64,000 nucleotides of DNA, from the NCBI GenBank assembly GCA_038087875.1, contig CM075988.1:14882001-14946000 (forward strand). The letters run 5' to 3'. Numbering within the stretch: the first letter of the stretch is position 1; each line of letters starts with the position of its first letter. Source of the DNA: Malacoraja senta. Taxonomy: Eukaryota. The notes beneath the pieces were generated by a model that had not been told where the DNA came from, made no database searches, and saw nothing but the letters and a program-made list of their open reading frames with translations. A program made the position numbers and the translations under genes. Positions 23,091 to 37,700 of the stretch are shown here, piece by piece.

Positions 23091-23486
23091 CAGAAGCTTT
23101 CTCGAGTCTGTCATGTGTGTGTGGAACTGTGCACTCAGAGTGCTGGCAACCGCTTGCATCCTGTCAAGTTGCAACTGTCCGGGTCACTGCCGCATGTCAA
23201 GGATGTCCTTCAGTGCCATGTGGAGCAACCTTCCTTGTGCTCATCGCACACAGCGGGAGCTCCGGCACATTTGGAAGCTCAAGGGACTGCAGATGTTGGA
23301 ACTTGTAGAAAGCAAAGAACAGTTGGAGGAAATTAAGAGGAAAAAGTTTTTAAATATCATATGCCCCAGAAAAGGAACAATGAAATTCTTATTTGCACCA
23401 GCTTTAAGGGCACGCTAAACACCAACACAAGAAATAAATATACAACAAACAATAACACAATACATTTTCAATTATACTGGCAATTA

Positions 23487-23735
23487 GACGAGGAAACACT
23501 TTTTCTCACAGAGAGTGGCGAGCCTGTGGAATTCTCTGCCTCAGTTCTCTGGTTGCTTTCAAGAGAGAGCTAGATAGGGCTCTTAAAAATAGCAGAGTCA
23601 GGGGATATGGGGAGAAGGCAGGAACGGGGTACTGATTGGGGATGATCAGCCTTGATCACATTGAATGGCGGTGCTAGCTCGAAGGGCCGAATTGCCTACT
23701 CCTGCACCTATTGTCTATTGTCTATTGTCTATTGT
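23487..23735 (+). mobile_element. CR1 LINE 3' end with (CTATTGT)n tail
   Basis: Highly similar to 47350-47590. Confidence 0.85.
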
Positions 23736-23814
23736 AACCAGACTATAATAGGGAAGCTGAAGTACATAATGCAACCTATAAAAAGTAAATAGTATTCGGT
23801 ACTGAGTTGGGGTT

Positions 23815-24310
23815 GTGGTCAGGGTCGTGCAGGGCAGTTCAAGAGCATAGTGATCGAAGGGAAGAAGCTGTTCTTGAACCTGGAGGTAATGGGTCTTAGG
23901 CTACTAAACCTTCTTCCCAATGGTAGCAGTGAGATGAGAGTGTGGCCAGGGTAGGTGTAAGTCTTTGATGATGTCTTCCAGAGACAGCACTTCCTGTAGA
24001 TTAGTTTTGATGGTAGGAATGTCAATACCCATGATGGACTGGGCAATATTCAACACATTCTGCAGCCCCTTTTGTTCTACGGCGTTCGAGCTACTGGGCC
24101 AGGCTGTGATGGGCCCGAGTCAGTGAGCTCTCCACCGTACACTGTAGAGGTTCGATAGAGTATTTAGCTTCACGCCAAATCTCCTCAAACATCTGAGGAA
24201 GTAGAGGTGTTGATGATCCTTTGTGATGCATCAATGTGCTGGGCCCAGGGCAGATCTTCAGCGATGTGCACGACCAGGTACATGAAGTCGTTGACTCCCT
24301 CCACTGCCTT
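23815..24310 (-). mobile_element. Rex1/Babar-like LINE fragment
   Basis: Translates SLLPLGRRFSSL..TSRFKNSFFP, the C-terminal motif also seen at 40966-41319. Confidence 0.75.
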
Positions 24311-25749
24311 ACTGCTATCTCTCAACATCTATAGAGGGGTAACAGTCAGTCAACGCTCCATGTCAAGACCTTTCTAGATGCCTGACCCGCTGAGGTTGTC
24401 AAGCTCTTTCCCTTTTGTAGCTCCAGTATATATATATGGCTGCTCTGGGAAGAGAAGCCGGCACCATGCAGGACCTTTGCAATCTCAAAAGCCTTTCACT
24501 TCTCCGAGGAGAAAACGGATGTCAGAGACTTTCATGTTATTGTCCTGCAGACCTTGCATGAATGTTCCCTTAAGCTGGTTGCTGTGCCAGCACTTTCTCT
24601 CACAGATCAAACAACGTATGCAAATCCTGCCTCTGTGCAGGTAACAGAATCACTAGCCTCACATAGTTTATCCCTAATTCGTGCACAATCAGTCATTGCT
24701 AAACTGAAGTCTCTGAAGAGTATCTGTTGCATAAACATGAGCACAGGAGCAAAGCCGCTGGGCTGCTCAAATTCCACTGCGTTAAGATGTGACAATATTC
24801 CTTAGACAAACAATTGTCCCTAACCTTACTTGTATGAGGATTCACAAATCCCAACCCAAACTCCACTGGAAAATGTCAGGCAGGAAAATTAATGTGCGCA
24901 ACAAATTTAAAATGTGGACAAAGTGTGAGGATAATTAACACAAATTTAAAAGGCTGGAATAATCAAAAAGGACTGGCACAGGGTTATATTAGAACATTTC
25001 TTTAGTTTAGTTTAGTTTATTGTCATGTGTAGTGCAGTGAAAAGCATTTTTGCGCATGCTATCCAGTCAGCGGAAAAGACTATTATTCATGATTACAATC
25101 AATCTGTCCACAGTGTACAGATGCAGGACAAAGGGAATAACATTTAATGCAACATAAGTCCAGTTAAGTCCGATTAAAGATAGTCTGAGGGTCTCCGTTA
25201 AGCTCAGGACCACGTTCAAGTTGGTGATAGGATGGTTCAGTTGCCTGATAAAGGCATTGGGAATGTTAAAAGGCTTAGACAGGATGTCAGGAGAGTAACA
25301 GAGACTCTCTATTGGTAATGCATTAGATGGCTACCAAGAAAGTCTACCGCCTTGGCCATTTTATCTGAAACAGGGCAGCGTGGAACAATGTAATCAGAAG
25401 AGGCACCAAGTGCACAAGCCTTTACTGGATAGTAAAATGGAGCCTCATGTGAATAGGCTGCAGCAAGGTGGATCAGGACCACATGGTGTGTGCTCCTGTG
25501 GCAGCACAACTACATACCTGAACGGAGGGCCTTTCATTCCGAAGCCATGGCTGGATATGGCAGCTCCCGCACTTGTGCACAGCTTCTACTCGGCTGGTAG
25601 CCACTGTGTCCTGGCAGCAGATGGAAGAGCTCAGAATCTTGCCCTCTGCTGGTACTGACTTTGACAGAGAAGACGCCAAGTCTCCCTTTGTCAGGGCTCC
25701 CGTGAAAGATTGGTGACACCTTGGTAGATTGGTTGAACAAGCAACTGAT

Positions 25750-27120
25750 AAACATAGGAGCAGAATTAGGCCATTCAGCCCATTGAGTCTGCTCCACAGA
25801 TTCAATCATGGCTCATCTATTTTTTCCTCTTCACCCCATTCTCCTGCCTTCTCCCATAACCTTTGATGGCCTTACTAATCAAGAGCCCATCAATCTCCTC
25901 TTTAAAAATACCTAATGACGGCCTCCACTGTTGTCTGTGGCAATTAATTCCCCAAATTCACCACCCTCTGTCTAAATAAATTCCTCCTCATCTCCATTCT
26001 AAAGGTACGCCCATTTATTCTGAGGCTATGCCTTCTGGTCCTAGATTCATTCACTTCTGGAGACATCCACTCCCAGGCTTTTCATTATTCAGTAGCTTTC
26101 AATAAGATACCCCTTCATCCTTCTAAACTCCAGCGAGTACAGGCTTAGAGCCATCAAACGCTCCTCATACGTTAACCCAATCATTCCTCGAATCATACTC
26201 ATAAACCTCCTATGGACCCTCTCCATTGCCAACATATCCTTCCTCAGATATAGTGCCCAAAACTGCTCGCAATATTCCAAATGCGGCCTAACAAGTGCCT
26301 TGTAAAACATCAGCATTACATCCTTGCTTTTATATTCTATTTCTCTCAAAATGAATGCTAAAATTGCATTCCCCTTCCTTACTACTGACTCAACCTCCAA
26401 ATTAACCTTTTGGCAATCCCGCAGCAGCACTCCCAAGTCCCTTCTTCTGCCAAAGTGCATAACCGTACATTTTGCTATGCTGTATTCCATTTGCCACTTT
26501 GCCCAATCCCAACCTGCCCAATTCTTTCTACAGACTCCCTGCTTCCTCAACACTACATGGCCCTCCACATATATTCGTACCATCTGCAAACTTGGCCACA
26601 GTCATCATTTACAATATTTCAGACATCTTGCATCTGCCACATTCTGCTGTTCATAAGTTCATGTGATAGGAGCAGAATTAGGCCATTCGGCCCATCAAGT
26701 CTACTGTACCATTCAATCATGGCTGACCTATTTTGCCCTCCTAACCCCATTCTCCTGCCTTATCCCATAACCCCTGACACCCGTACTAATCAAGGATTTA
26801 TCTATCTCTGCCTTAAAAATATCCATTGACGGCCTCCACAGCCTTCTGTGGCAATGAATTCCACAGATTCACCACGCTCTGACAAAAGAAATTCCTCCTC
26901 ATCTCCTTCCTAAAGGAATGTCTTTTATTTCTGAGGCTATGACCTCTGGTCCTAGAATCTCCCACTGGTGGAAACATCCTCTCTATCCAAGCCTTTCACT
27001 ATTTGGTAAGTTTCAATGAGGTCCTCCCTCATCCTTCTGAACTCCAGTTAGTAGAGACCCAGTGCCATCAAACGCTCATCATATGTTAACTGACTCGTTC
27101 CTGGGATAATTCTCGTAAAT
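25750..27120 (-). mobile_element. Two adjacent CR1 3' fragments (~25750-26600 and ~26650-27120)
   Basis: ORF 26089..26589 contains KC.VMHFG..YKALVRPHLEYC.QFW..YEERL..L.LYSLEFRRM. Confidence 0.9.
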
Positions 27121-27357
27121 TTGTTTGAATAGTAACTAACACAAAAAGAATTTAGCATTAAATGTGTAATGGAAATAGATTGGATTAAAACCAGAAAATG
27201 CTGAAAATCATCAGATCAGGCACTGATGTGGACCAGGATGTACAAGAGAATACAGTCTCAAATGAGAAGAAAAATATAGTCCTGCCTGCATACAGGGTTT
27301 CACATAAGATTTGACGATATATGGAATGAATTTGCGGGTTCCGTGTTTATGGAGAAA

Positions 27358-27575
27358 ACACACACTGGGGACAATCCTACATTTATACCAAGCCAATCAA
27401 CCTACAAACCCGTACATCACCGGAGTGTGGGCATAAACCAGAGCACCAGGAGAAAACCCACGCAGGTCCTGGGGAGAACGTACAAACTCCGCACAGACAA
27501 GCACCCACAATCAGGATTGAACGCGGGTCTCTGCCGCTGCAAGGCAGCAGTTCCACCTCAACGCAACCGTGACAC
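27358..27575 (-). mobile_element. HE1-type SINE, partial
   Basis: V-domain and head in reverse orientation. Confidence 0.75.
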
Positions 27576-28022
27576 CCACTTATGGTACAAGAGTAGAGAT
27601 TCTTTATTTAGAGAGTGAAAGATAAAATGAGAAGGAGGGTAATGACAAATTCAACTTGAAACATCTACTCATTACATCAATGCACAAAAGTATAGAAAAC
27701 AAGAAGTGGTTTTTTTACATTAGGATGGCTGTTTTCTTATGAAAGATTTTTAATTATTTGCAAATAACTACCATGTTACTTTTTAACATTTTTCATATTT
27801 ATAATTAATATAAATATTAACAGGGCAGAGAGGTCAATATGGGCATGGGAAGGGGAGTTAAAATGGTTAGCAACTGGGAGACTGTGCAGGCCTTGGCGGA
27901 TGGATGTGAAGGAGTGTCTGAGACAAAGGTTCACATGCACCTCCTCCAACCTCATCTAATGCATTTGCTTCAAATGATGTTTTAATTCACATATGGTTCC
28001 GAACTGGCTGTGTGGCATTCTC

Positions 28023-28325
28023 TTTAGTTTTGTTTAGAGATACAGTGCAGAAACAGGCCCTGTGGCCCAACGGGTCCACACCGACCAGCGATCCCTGCAC
28101 ATTAACACTTTCCAACACACTAGGGGCATTTTTACATTGATACCAAGCCAATTAACCTACAAACCTGTACGTCGTTGGAGTGTGGGAGGACACCGAACGT
28201 CTCAGAGAAAACCCACGCAGGTCACAGAGAAAATGTACAAACTCTGTACAGACAGCACCCGCAGTCAGGATCGAACCCGGGTCACTGGCGCTGTAAGACA
28301 GTAGCTCTACCGCTGCACCACGGTT
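28023..28325 (-). mobile_element. HE1-type V-SINE
   Basis: Tail, V-domain and head in reverse orientation. Confidence 0.88.
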
Positions 28326-29884
28326 TCCTGCCATGTTGGAATTTTGGAACATAGCCTGCAAAAAATAAAAGCTTTCGCACACCATGTCTGCCAGAGTGAG
28401 TGTCACTCCCTTCCTGTGTATTCTGGAATCAACTTGTAAAGGATGGACAAGATGGCCAAAATAACACATGTACAGCCCAGAACATTCTTCTGGGCTGTCC
28501 TATTAATTGAAGATATCAGCCTGATAGATTCTAACCAGCAAACAACTCAGTCCCAAATCTGCAAAATCTCCTCAAGGTATGCCTACTTTGAAGAAGTTCT
28601 CCTCCTCCATCCGAAGAAGCCCCCCCCTCCCACCCTCACATCAGTCTGAAGAGGGGTTTCGACTCAAAACGTTGCCTATTTCCTTCGCTCCATAGATGCT
28701 GCCTCACCCGCTGAGTTTCTCCAGCATTTTGGTCTACCTTCAGTCCCAACAATGCGAGTTAATGGCAAATATATAAATAATTGCATCTTGCACCAACTTT
28801 GGGAACCAGCCTGAAAGAAAATGAACATATACAAGAAAGATTTCAGATGCCCTGACACCTTGTCCTGTTATTGTATGGTCTTTTTAATGCACTCCAACGA
28901 GGCCTCCTCAAGGCCTATCTCCGTCTAAGTTTTACTACTCTTGATTGAATACCAGATAGGCACCCAGCCCTTTGACAACCACTTCTGACTGTGCTGAGAA
29001 ATATCGAATCTCTTTCCAGGGGAATTTAACCTCCCAGATCACTGATGCTTTAAAGAAACAAGAATTTAACTTAAGTCATTTTCTGTACATCTAGAATTCC
29101 ACCACTGTTTCCGGTGGAGAAGATAGCAAGATAATCACCAGCACAGTTCTGCAGACTCACTTCAAACGTTAAACAGCAGCACCACCTATGGCCCACAATG
29201 CAAACCAAAAACTAAAATCGAGCTTCCTCAATAACCTCTTGATCAGTGCAAACAATTTGCTCCCGTTGACTTGCTAGCCATTCAAAGCTTAGCAGCATTT
29301 TGTTGCAAAAAGATAAAAGCTTTTATAATAAGCAATGATGAAAATCTGTTCCGATGAAGAATCTTTGAGCTGAACTGCGAACATTATCTGCCTTCCCACA
29401 AATGCAGCCTGACCTGCTGAGTGTTTCCAGCATTATCTGCTTTTATTATGAGAAGCAGTAGATGACTTCTAAATCATGAACCTCACTTGAAGGCTTTCGG
29501 GGAGCTATATTTAAATGCATGCTGCATCCACGACTGCACATATAGTGATAAAAGGGTTTGATGTAAATGGTATTACTGCAACATGGTGGTAGAATGACAT
29601 TAGGGGGATTGAATATTCCAGGCTACTTTCCATGTAAAATAGAAAAGGAGGTGAGTAACATTGTTCATCAGGGATATCATGAGTATAGCAGTGAAGCACA
29701 ATCTCAATTTAACAGATAATGCCATAGAATAGAATCATTTCCACTGGAGCTAAGAAGTAACAGGGATCAGAAAACATTTGGGTTGAGTTGTTTATGGGCC
29801 TATGAATAGTGGTAATGATGCAGGTAAATAATAAAATTACAGGTATGCATAACAGGGATAATGTAGAGGGATTTTAATTTACAT

Positions 29885-30390
29885 GTAGCAAACCTACGGA
29901 CAAGAAGGCTCTGCAGAGAGTAGTGCGTTCGGCCGAACGCACTATGGGAACTACACTCGTCCCCCCTGCAGGAACTATACATCAGAAGGTGCAACTCCAG
30001 AGCCAACAAGATCATGGGAGACCCCTTCCACCCCTGCAACGGACTGTTCCAGCTGCTACGGTCAGGCAAACGCCTCCGTTGCCACGCTGTGAGAACGGAG
30101 AGGATGAGAAGGAGTTTCTTCCCAGAGGCCATTAGGACTGTAAACTCTTATCTCTCCAGGGACTAACTTTACTGAACCATTCTACTGTTGTGTGGTGTCT
30201 TTTTAAAATTACTGGGCTTTTTTCTCCTTTTTCTTCCCTCCCACAAATATGTAATATGTGAATATGTGAATCTGTTCCATTCTGTTTGTAGGTTGTTTGT
30301 TTGTTTTTTTGCACAATCCGCGAGCATTGCCACTTTACATTTCACTGCACTTCTCATATGTGTATGTGACGAATAAACTTGACTTGACGA
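29885..30390 (+). mobile_element. Rex1/Babar-like LINE 3' end
   Basis: Translates KALQRVVRSAER..HPCNGLFQLL.SGKRL..RMRRSFFP and ends AATAAACTTGACTTGAC. Confidence 0.8.
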
Positions 30391-30521
30391 CAAAATAGCA
30401 CAAACATCTCAGACAATTCATTCCTGTAGTTTAGTTTAGAGTTTAGACTTTAGACTTTAGTGATACAGCGCGGAAAAAACTTACTTCACTTCACTGAGTC
30501 CACGCCGACCAGCGACCCCCA

Positions 30522-32612
30522 TATCTGGACTTTCAAAAAGCCTTTGACAAGGTTCCACACAAGAAATTGGTGTGCAAAATTAGAGCACATTGTATTGGGG
30601 GTAGGGTGTTCACATGGATAGAGAACTGGTTGGCAGACAGGAAGCAGTGTAGGAATTAACCAGTCCTTTTCAGAATGGCAGGCAGTGGGGGTGCCACAAG
30701 GCTCGGTGCTGGGACCCCAGTTGTTTACAATATATATTAATGATTTAGATGAGGGAATTAAATGTAACATCTCTAAGTTTGCGGATGACACAAAGCTGGG
30801 TGGCAGTGTGAGCTGCGAGGAGGATGCTATGAGGCTGTAGGGTGACTTGGATAGGTTGGGTGAGTGGACGGAAGCATGGCAGATACAGTATAATGTGGAT
30901 AAATGTGAGGTTATCCACTTTGGTGGCAAGAACAGGAAGGCAGATTATTATCTGAATGGTGTCAGATTAGGAGAAGTGGGGGGTGCAATGAGACCTGGGT
31001 GTGCTTGTACATCAGTCACTGAAAGTAAGCTTGCAGGTACAGCAGGCAGTGAAGAAGGCGAGAGGATTTGAGTTTAGGAGCAAGGAGGTCTGACTGTACC
31101 TGGAGTCATGGGTGGAAATCCCAGGTGGGATGGGTGGGGCATGTCCCTCCCATATTCTGAGAGGTGGGGGCCAGTCTCCCACCCCCCCCCCATGTTTTAT
31201 AACCCGAAAGTTAAAATTCAGTGGGGAAAGAAAACCTCCACTTTCCGTAAGACAATGGGGGTGTCACTGTTAAGCGCTTGTTAAATGTCTCTATTAACAT
31301 CGTATTAACATGATGTGTCACCAATTGTGTTTTGACCTTCAAGTATCACTGAAGGTATTCACGGAGGATTTTTTAAAGCTGTCTGGTGTGGGTACAGTTA
31401 CCATTTGAACTAATTGGATGTATTGGTGGATGGTAAAGATTTAAACGGGTATCTGATTTAAACAGGTCAGGTCATTAAGGGCTCAGGTCGAACGGGTTTC
31501 CTGGCCTGCTTGCAGGTAAGTCCCTCATTCACGGTCACTCACATTATTTCATATTTTTTCCCATTTCCCTCTCTCCCTCTCTCTCCCCCCTCCAAGGTTG
31601 GTTCTTCTGCCTTTATTTGCTTCAGTTTTATTTGTTTAAGTGTTATTTATCACATTGTAACTTTTGAAAGATTCAAGTGTGTATCAGACGCTTTCTAAGG
31701 GACTGAATCGGCCTGTTCGCGGGGCCTTTCATCGCTTGCCACGGCTTAAAATCGGCAGCAGAATCTTCCATCGCCCGGCGGTCAGGCAGTCAAACTGCTG
31801 CGTCGAAGCTCCCGATGTTGAAGCCTCTGCCGGCTGATTTTAAGCTGCTCAAGGCCCCGCAAATGGACCAATTCAAGCCACACGATTTGGGGCGGACGAA
31901 GCTGCTGTGGCTGGAGTTCGGATTCGGTCATCAACCAGGTCAGCTCCCGATGTTACCATCCACAGGGCCACGGCCGAAGCCTCCAAAGCCTCGCGTGTGT
32001 GTGTGCGTGCGCGGCCACCAATAAATTGTGTCCCTTCCATGTTTTGATAGCGATTTCCGCCCCTGCCTGGAGTATTGTGTGCAATTTTGGTCTCCTAATT
32101 TGAGGAAGGAGATTATTGCTATTAAGGGACTGCAGCGTATGTTCACCAGGTGAATTTCCAGGATGGCGGGACTGAGGTGTGATGAAAGAATGGGTGAACT
32201 GGGCTTGTATTCACTGGAATTTAGAAGGATGAGAGGCGATCTTATAGAAACATACAATTCTTAGTGGTTTGGTCAGGGTAGATGCCGGAGAAATGTTCCC
32301 GATGTTGGGGGAGTCCAGAACCAGATGTCACAGTTTAAGAATAAGGGGTAGCCATTTGAGACGGAGATGAGGAAAACATTTTTCACCCAGAGAGTTGTGA
32401 ATCTGTGGAATTCTCTGCCACAGAGGGCAGTGGAGGCCAATTCACTGGATGTTTTCAAGAGAGAGTTGGATTTAGCTCTTAGGGCTAAGGGAATAAAGGG
32501 ATATGGGGAAAAAGCCTGAACGGGGGACTGATATTGGATGATCAGCCATGATCATATTGAATGGTGGTGCTGGCTCAAAGGGCCGAATGGCCTATTCCTG
32601 CACCTATGTTTC
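30522..32612 (+). mobile_element. CR1 LINE (RT to 3' end), split by a hAT-type insertion
   Basis: Translates [21 protein letters not shown] and FADDTK. It resumes at 32066 as LEYCVQFWSP. Confidence 0.92.
31107..32065. mobile_element. Non-autonomous hAT-type DNA transposon (959 bp)
   Basis: 8-bp TSD CCTGGAGT at 31099-31106 and 32066-32073. TIRs CATGGGTGGAAATC and GATTTCCGCCCCTG match at 12/14. Confidence 0.85.
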
Positions 32613-32614
32613 TA

Positions 32615-33055
32615 AACTTACACTATCATACACACTAAGGACAATTTTCAATTTTTACTGAAGCCAATTAACCTACAAACTTACACGTCTTTGGAATGTG
32701 GGAGGAAACCGGACACCTGGAGAAAACCCACGTGGTCACGATGATGACATACAAACTCCATACAGGCACCACTTGTGGTCAGGATTGAACCCGGGTCTCT
32801 GGCATTGTAAGGCAGTAACTCTACCGCTGCACCACCATGCCGCCCTTTATATTAGAGATATAGCATGGAAACAGGCCCTTTGGCCTATCGGATCTGCGCT
32901 GACTGGCAATCATCCATACAGTAGTTCTATCCTAAACCGGAGCACCCAGAGAAAAGACTCGCGGTCACAAGGAAAATGAACAAACTCCATACAGACAGCA
33001 CCCGTAGTCAGGATCAAACCCAGTTCTGTGGCGCAACTCTACTGCTGTGCCATTG
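32615..33055 (-). mobile_element. Two HE1-type SINE pieces
   Basis: V-domain and head motifs occur twice (~32615-32845 and ~32850-33055). Confidence 0.75.
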
Positions 33056-34280
33056 TTTCGTCAGTTGTGCACACAAGATGGATTTTGAGATCAGTATATC
33101 GAAGGACTAACTTAGGAACAGGCTATTTTATATCGCGTACTGCACAGGTAAGTGTTAAAATACTAAAAACAAAAATGCTGGAAACATGCATCAAATCAGA
33201 CAACATCTGTGGAAAGAGGAATAGTAAGTGTTTCAGGTCCGTAACTTCATTGGAATGGGGAAAGAGAGGTAAAACAATTAGCTTTCAGGAGAAGAGACTG
33301 TTGGGGAATGGATGTGTAGAACAAGGGTGATAGGGTGAGACCAAATGAATACATGTAGCAGTCGGTGTAGCAGTGAGAATCAGATTATGCTTTTCTGTCT
33401 GTGTAATGTGATGAAAACAGCAAGTTTGTGCAAATGCACAAATTGACACAATATATAAAAATAAATCTTGTTTTAAAGAAGTCTCTAAGGGGGAATAACC
33501 ACAATATGATAGAATTTTGTATAATATTCGAAAGTGACCCAGTTCAATGTGAAAATATGGTTTTCATTCTAAAACTACGAAGATGTGAAGGATCAGTTGC
33601 CTACTGTAGATAGGGAACTACATTAAAGGGTATGACAGTATTCCAAGGGATCTCTGTATCCATGTACGTAAAGGGCCTGTCCCACAGGCTTTTTTTGGGC
33701 GACTACAGGTGACTAGGCTGTCGCCACATGGTGGCCAGGGTGTTGCCTGTATGGTCATGAGTAGTCTCCTCAGTCGCCCAATGAGTCGTAGCATCTTTCT
33801 AGTTGCCGTTGGATTTTCAAAATGTTCAAAAGTTTTTGGTGACAGTCGGCGACATGCGTTTGACGCCAATGAGCTTGACTTCTTCTGACATAGGTGCTGT
33901 CGTAGGTTGTCGCCAATGCTGACTTTGGTGAATTCCATTGGCGACTATCTACATCAACCTACGTCAACCGGCAACAGGTACCGGCGTCAAGAGAAGAGAA
34001 GTCAAGTGGTAAAATAACGTGAATTGTCTTCAGTTGTCACTGACAGGGTCGTAGCTTGTCGTAGCTTGTCACGGGTTGACTTTGGTTGTCGTAGGTTGCC
34101 ACCTGTGTCGTCGTAGGTTGTCATAGGTGTGATCGTAGGTGGACGTCCTAAGTCATGACGATTGGGTCGCCAGTTGTCGGTAGCTTGCTGTAGCTTGAAG
34201 TCAACTAGGTGGTAGGTTGTTGTAGTTTGTCGTAGACATTGTCGCAGGGGGGTCCAGTCGCCCGTTTTTCGACGACCTGC

Positions 34281-34633
34281 TGTAACGGGTATAGCTTGGA
34301 CCCGATAGCAGCACAGGATCAGGCAGGTATAGTTGGTACTGAACTTTATTCCGATACTGGAACACAGGAATGGGTACACCGTACTCACACAGAGGCTCAG
34401 GATTGAGCGAGGGTTCCGAAGAGGGGCAGGCAGGTTTGAATCCGTGTAGGCATTCGGGAAATCGCTGGAGAGTCTTGCATGAATGCTGAGAACAATCTGG
34501 CACTGTGGGAACGATGAGGAGAGTCTATATACTGGATTAATTGGTGATCAGAGGCAACTGAGTGCCACAGGTGAGGAGAGTTGGGCTGATGAGAGGGGAG
34601 TGGCAGGCAGGCAGGAGAGGGCAGACTGTGACA
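34281..34633 (-). repeat. 3' LTR of the sushi-like element
   Basis: Direct repeat of 39022-39359, with about ten substitutions and two indels by eye. Minus-strand AATAAA at 34345-34350. A PPT-like GGGGTTC is adjacent. Confidence 0.95.
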
Positions 34634-34797
34634 GAACCCCGTTAAGGGACGGCTCCTGACGTCCCAAAACAAAAGGAAAAATAAAAACACAATAAAGAAA
34701 ATAAACCCAATCCCACGCAGAGTTGGGTGGGAGGAGGGGGACCTCATCCTCCTCCATAGCATCAGAGGAAAGCTCCGACTCGTCGTCACTGGGCGCC

Positions 34798-37700
34798 TCA
34801 GATGGAAGTGGCAGACTTGGACGGCTGGTCGGGATGACGCCGGTGAAACTCCCTGAAGAGGGAGGCGTCCAGGATGTGTCGAGCAGGAACCCAGGACCTC
34901 TCCTCTGGACCGTAACCCTCCCAATCGACCAGGTATTGGAGACCCCTCCCGTGACGGCAGGAGCGCAGGAGGCGGTGCACCGTAAAGGCGGGGCCTCCGT
35001 CGATGAGACGAGGAGGTGGAGGAGGAGGGACTGCGGGGACCAGGGAGCTCTCCCGGACTGGCTTTGCTCTGGACATGTGGAACGTAGGATGGACCCGCAT
35101 GGAACGAGGCAACTTGAGCCTCACGGCCACTGGGTTGATGACCTTCTGGATCTCAAAGGGACCGATGAACTTGGGTGCCAACTTCTTGGACTCCACCCTC
35201 AAGGGAAGGTCCCGGGTCGACAGCCACACCCTCTGGCCCGCGAGGTAGTTGGGGGCCTGGGTGCGGTGACGGTTGGCAGTCGTGGCGTAACGGGCCACGG
35301 AGCGGAGAAGAGCCGCCCTGGCTTGGGTCCACATCCTGCGGCAGCGACGAATGAAGGCCTGGACGGACGGGCAGGAAACCTCTTTTCTCCAGCGCCGGGA
35401 ACAGTGGAGGCTGGAACCCGTAGGCACACTGAAAAGGGGAGAGCCCAGTGGCCGAGCTTGTCAGGGTGTTGTGGGCGTACTCCACCCACAACAACTGCTG
35501 GGACCAGGAGGAGGGATGCTTGGACACCATACACCGCAGCGCCGTCTCCATCTCCTGATTCTTCCTTTCAGTTTGGCCGTTGGACTGGGGATGAAATCCG
35601 GACGTCAGACTCACGGTGGCCCCCACAAGCGTGCAGAACTCCCTCCAGAACACAGAGGCAAACTGGGGTCCTCGGTCGGAGACCACATCGACGGGGATAC
35701 CATGGAGCCTGAAGACGTGGAGTAACATGGGCTCGGCAGTTTCCTTGGCTGACGGAAGCTTGGGCAGGGGCACGAAGTGAGCCATCTTGCTAAATCTATC
35801 GACCACGGTCAGGATGGTGGTGTGACCCCTGCATGGGGGCAGGCCGGTAACGAAGTCCAGGGAGATGTGGGACCATGGTCGATGGGGTACAGGCAGTGGA
35901 AGCAGATGACCCGCAGGAGCTTGGTGCGAGACCTTGTGCTGGTTGCAAACGGGACAGACGTTGACAAACTCCCGAGTGTCCTCCTCCAGCGATGCCCACC
36001 AGAACCTCCGTAGCATCATCTCCTTGGTCCGCTGAATGCCGGGATGACATGTGAGTCGAGAGCTGTGGGCCCACTGAAGGACGTCGGACCGCAGGGCAGA
36101 AACCACAAACAGGCGATCAGGAGGGCATGCACTGGGTCCCGGCTGGTTCTCCAAGGCCATCTTGACCCTCTCCTCCACCTCCCAGGTGAGGGAGGCAACC
36201 CTGTGCGAGGACAGGAGGATGGTTTTGGGGCCAGAGGCAGACTCCTCCTTCGCCAAGAACTGTCGAGAGAGGGCATCGGGCTTCACGTTGCGGGACCCAG
36301 GTTGGTAGGAGAGGGAGAAGTTGAAGCGGGTGAGAAAGAGAGACCAGCGGGCCTGACGAGAGTTGAGCCTCTTGGCTGACTGGAGGTATTCAAGGTTCTT
36401 GTGGTCAGTCCAAACCAAGAAAGGCTGTTCGGTTCCCTCCAGCCAGTGACGCCATTCCTCCAACGCCAACTTAACCGCCAATAGTTCTCAGTTGCCAATG
36501 TCATAATTCCTCTCAGCAGGGGTCAGGCGTCGGGAGAAGAAGGCGCATGGATGGAGCTTCTGGTCCCCGGCAGCCTGCTGGGACAGAACAGCTCCCACCC
36601 CCACGTCGGAGGCGTCCACCTCCACCACGAACTGTCTCTCTGAGTCCGGAACTTGGCGGATGGGGGCCGATGTAAACCGTGTCTTGAGTGTCTGAAAAGC
36701 TTCGTCGGCCGCGTCAGACCACCGGAATGGAACCTTGGAGGAGGTGAGTGCCGTGAGGGGTGCGGCCACAGTACTGTAGCCATGGATGAACCGTCGGTAA
36801 AAATTGGCTAACCCCAGGAACCTTTGGAGCTGCTTGCGGGAGTTAGGAACGGGCCAGGTGGTGACAGCAGAGACCTTGGCGGGGTCCATCTTGATGTTCC
36901 CTTGGCCAACGATGTATCCTAGGAAGGAGACTGACGGGGAGTGAAACTCGCACTTCTCAGCTTTAACGAAGAGCGAGTTTGCCAAGAGCCGATGTAGAAC
37001 TGCCTGGACGTGGTGTACGTGTTCCTCCTTGGTCCGTGAAAAGATGAGGATGTCATCAAGATAGACGAACACGTACTTGTTCAACATGTCTCTGAGAACG
37101 TCATTGACCAAAGCCTGGAAGACGGCCGGGGCGTTGGTGAGGCCAAAGGGCATCACCCGGTATTCATAATGTCCCGTGGGAGTGTTGAAGGCGGTCTTCC
37201 ACTCATCTCCCTCTATGATGCGGACCAAGTGGTAGGCGTTGCGTAGATCCAGCTTCGAAAAGATGGTGGCCCCCTCCAGGAGCTCGTAAGCAGAGGAGAT
37301 GAGTGGGAGAGGGTAGCGATTCTTCACCGTGATGCCGTTGAGCCCCCGGTAATCTATGCAGGGACGCAGAGATTTGTCCTTCTTCTCCACGAAGAAGAAC
37401 CCCGCCCCAGCAGGAGACGAGGAGGGACGGATGAGACCAGCAGCCAAGGAGTCGTTTATGTATTTCTCCATGGCGCCTCTCTCAGGGGCGGACAGGGAGT
37501 AAAGGCGACCCCTAGGAGGAGCGGAACCAGGCAGGAGGTCTATGGCGCAGTCATAGGGCCAATGAGGAGGAAGGGAGGTGGCCCTAGACTTGCTAAAAAC
37601 CTCCCCAAAGTCATGGTACTCGGCTGGGACCCCCGTCAGATCTGGAGCAGCACTGGAGCAGGTGGCCGGTTGGGGAGCTGAGGCTTGCTTCAGGCACACT

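Noticed and set aside
34723..35712. 329-aa plus-strand ORF
   Set aside because: It is the antisense shadow of GC-rich integrase/chromodomain sequence and has no recognisable motif.
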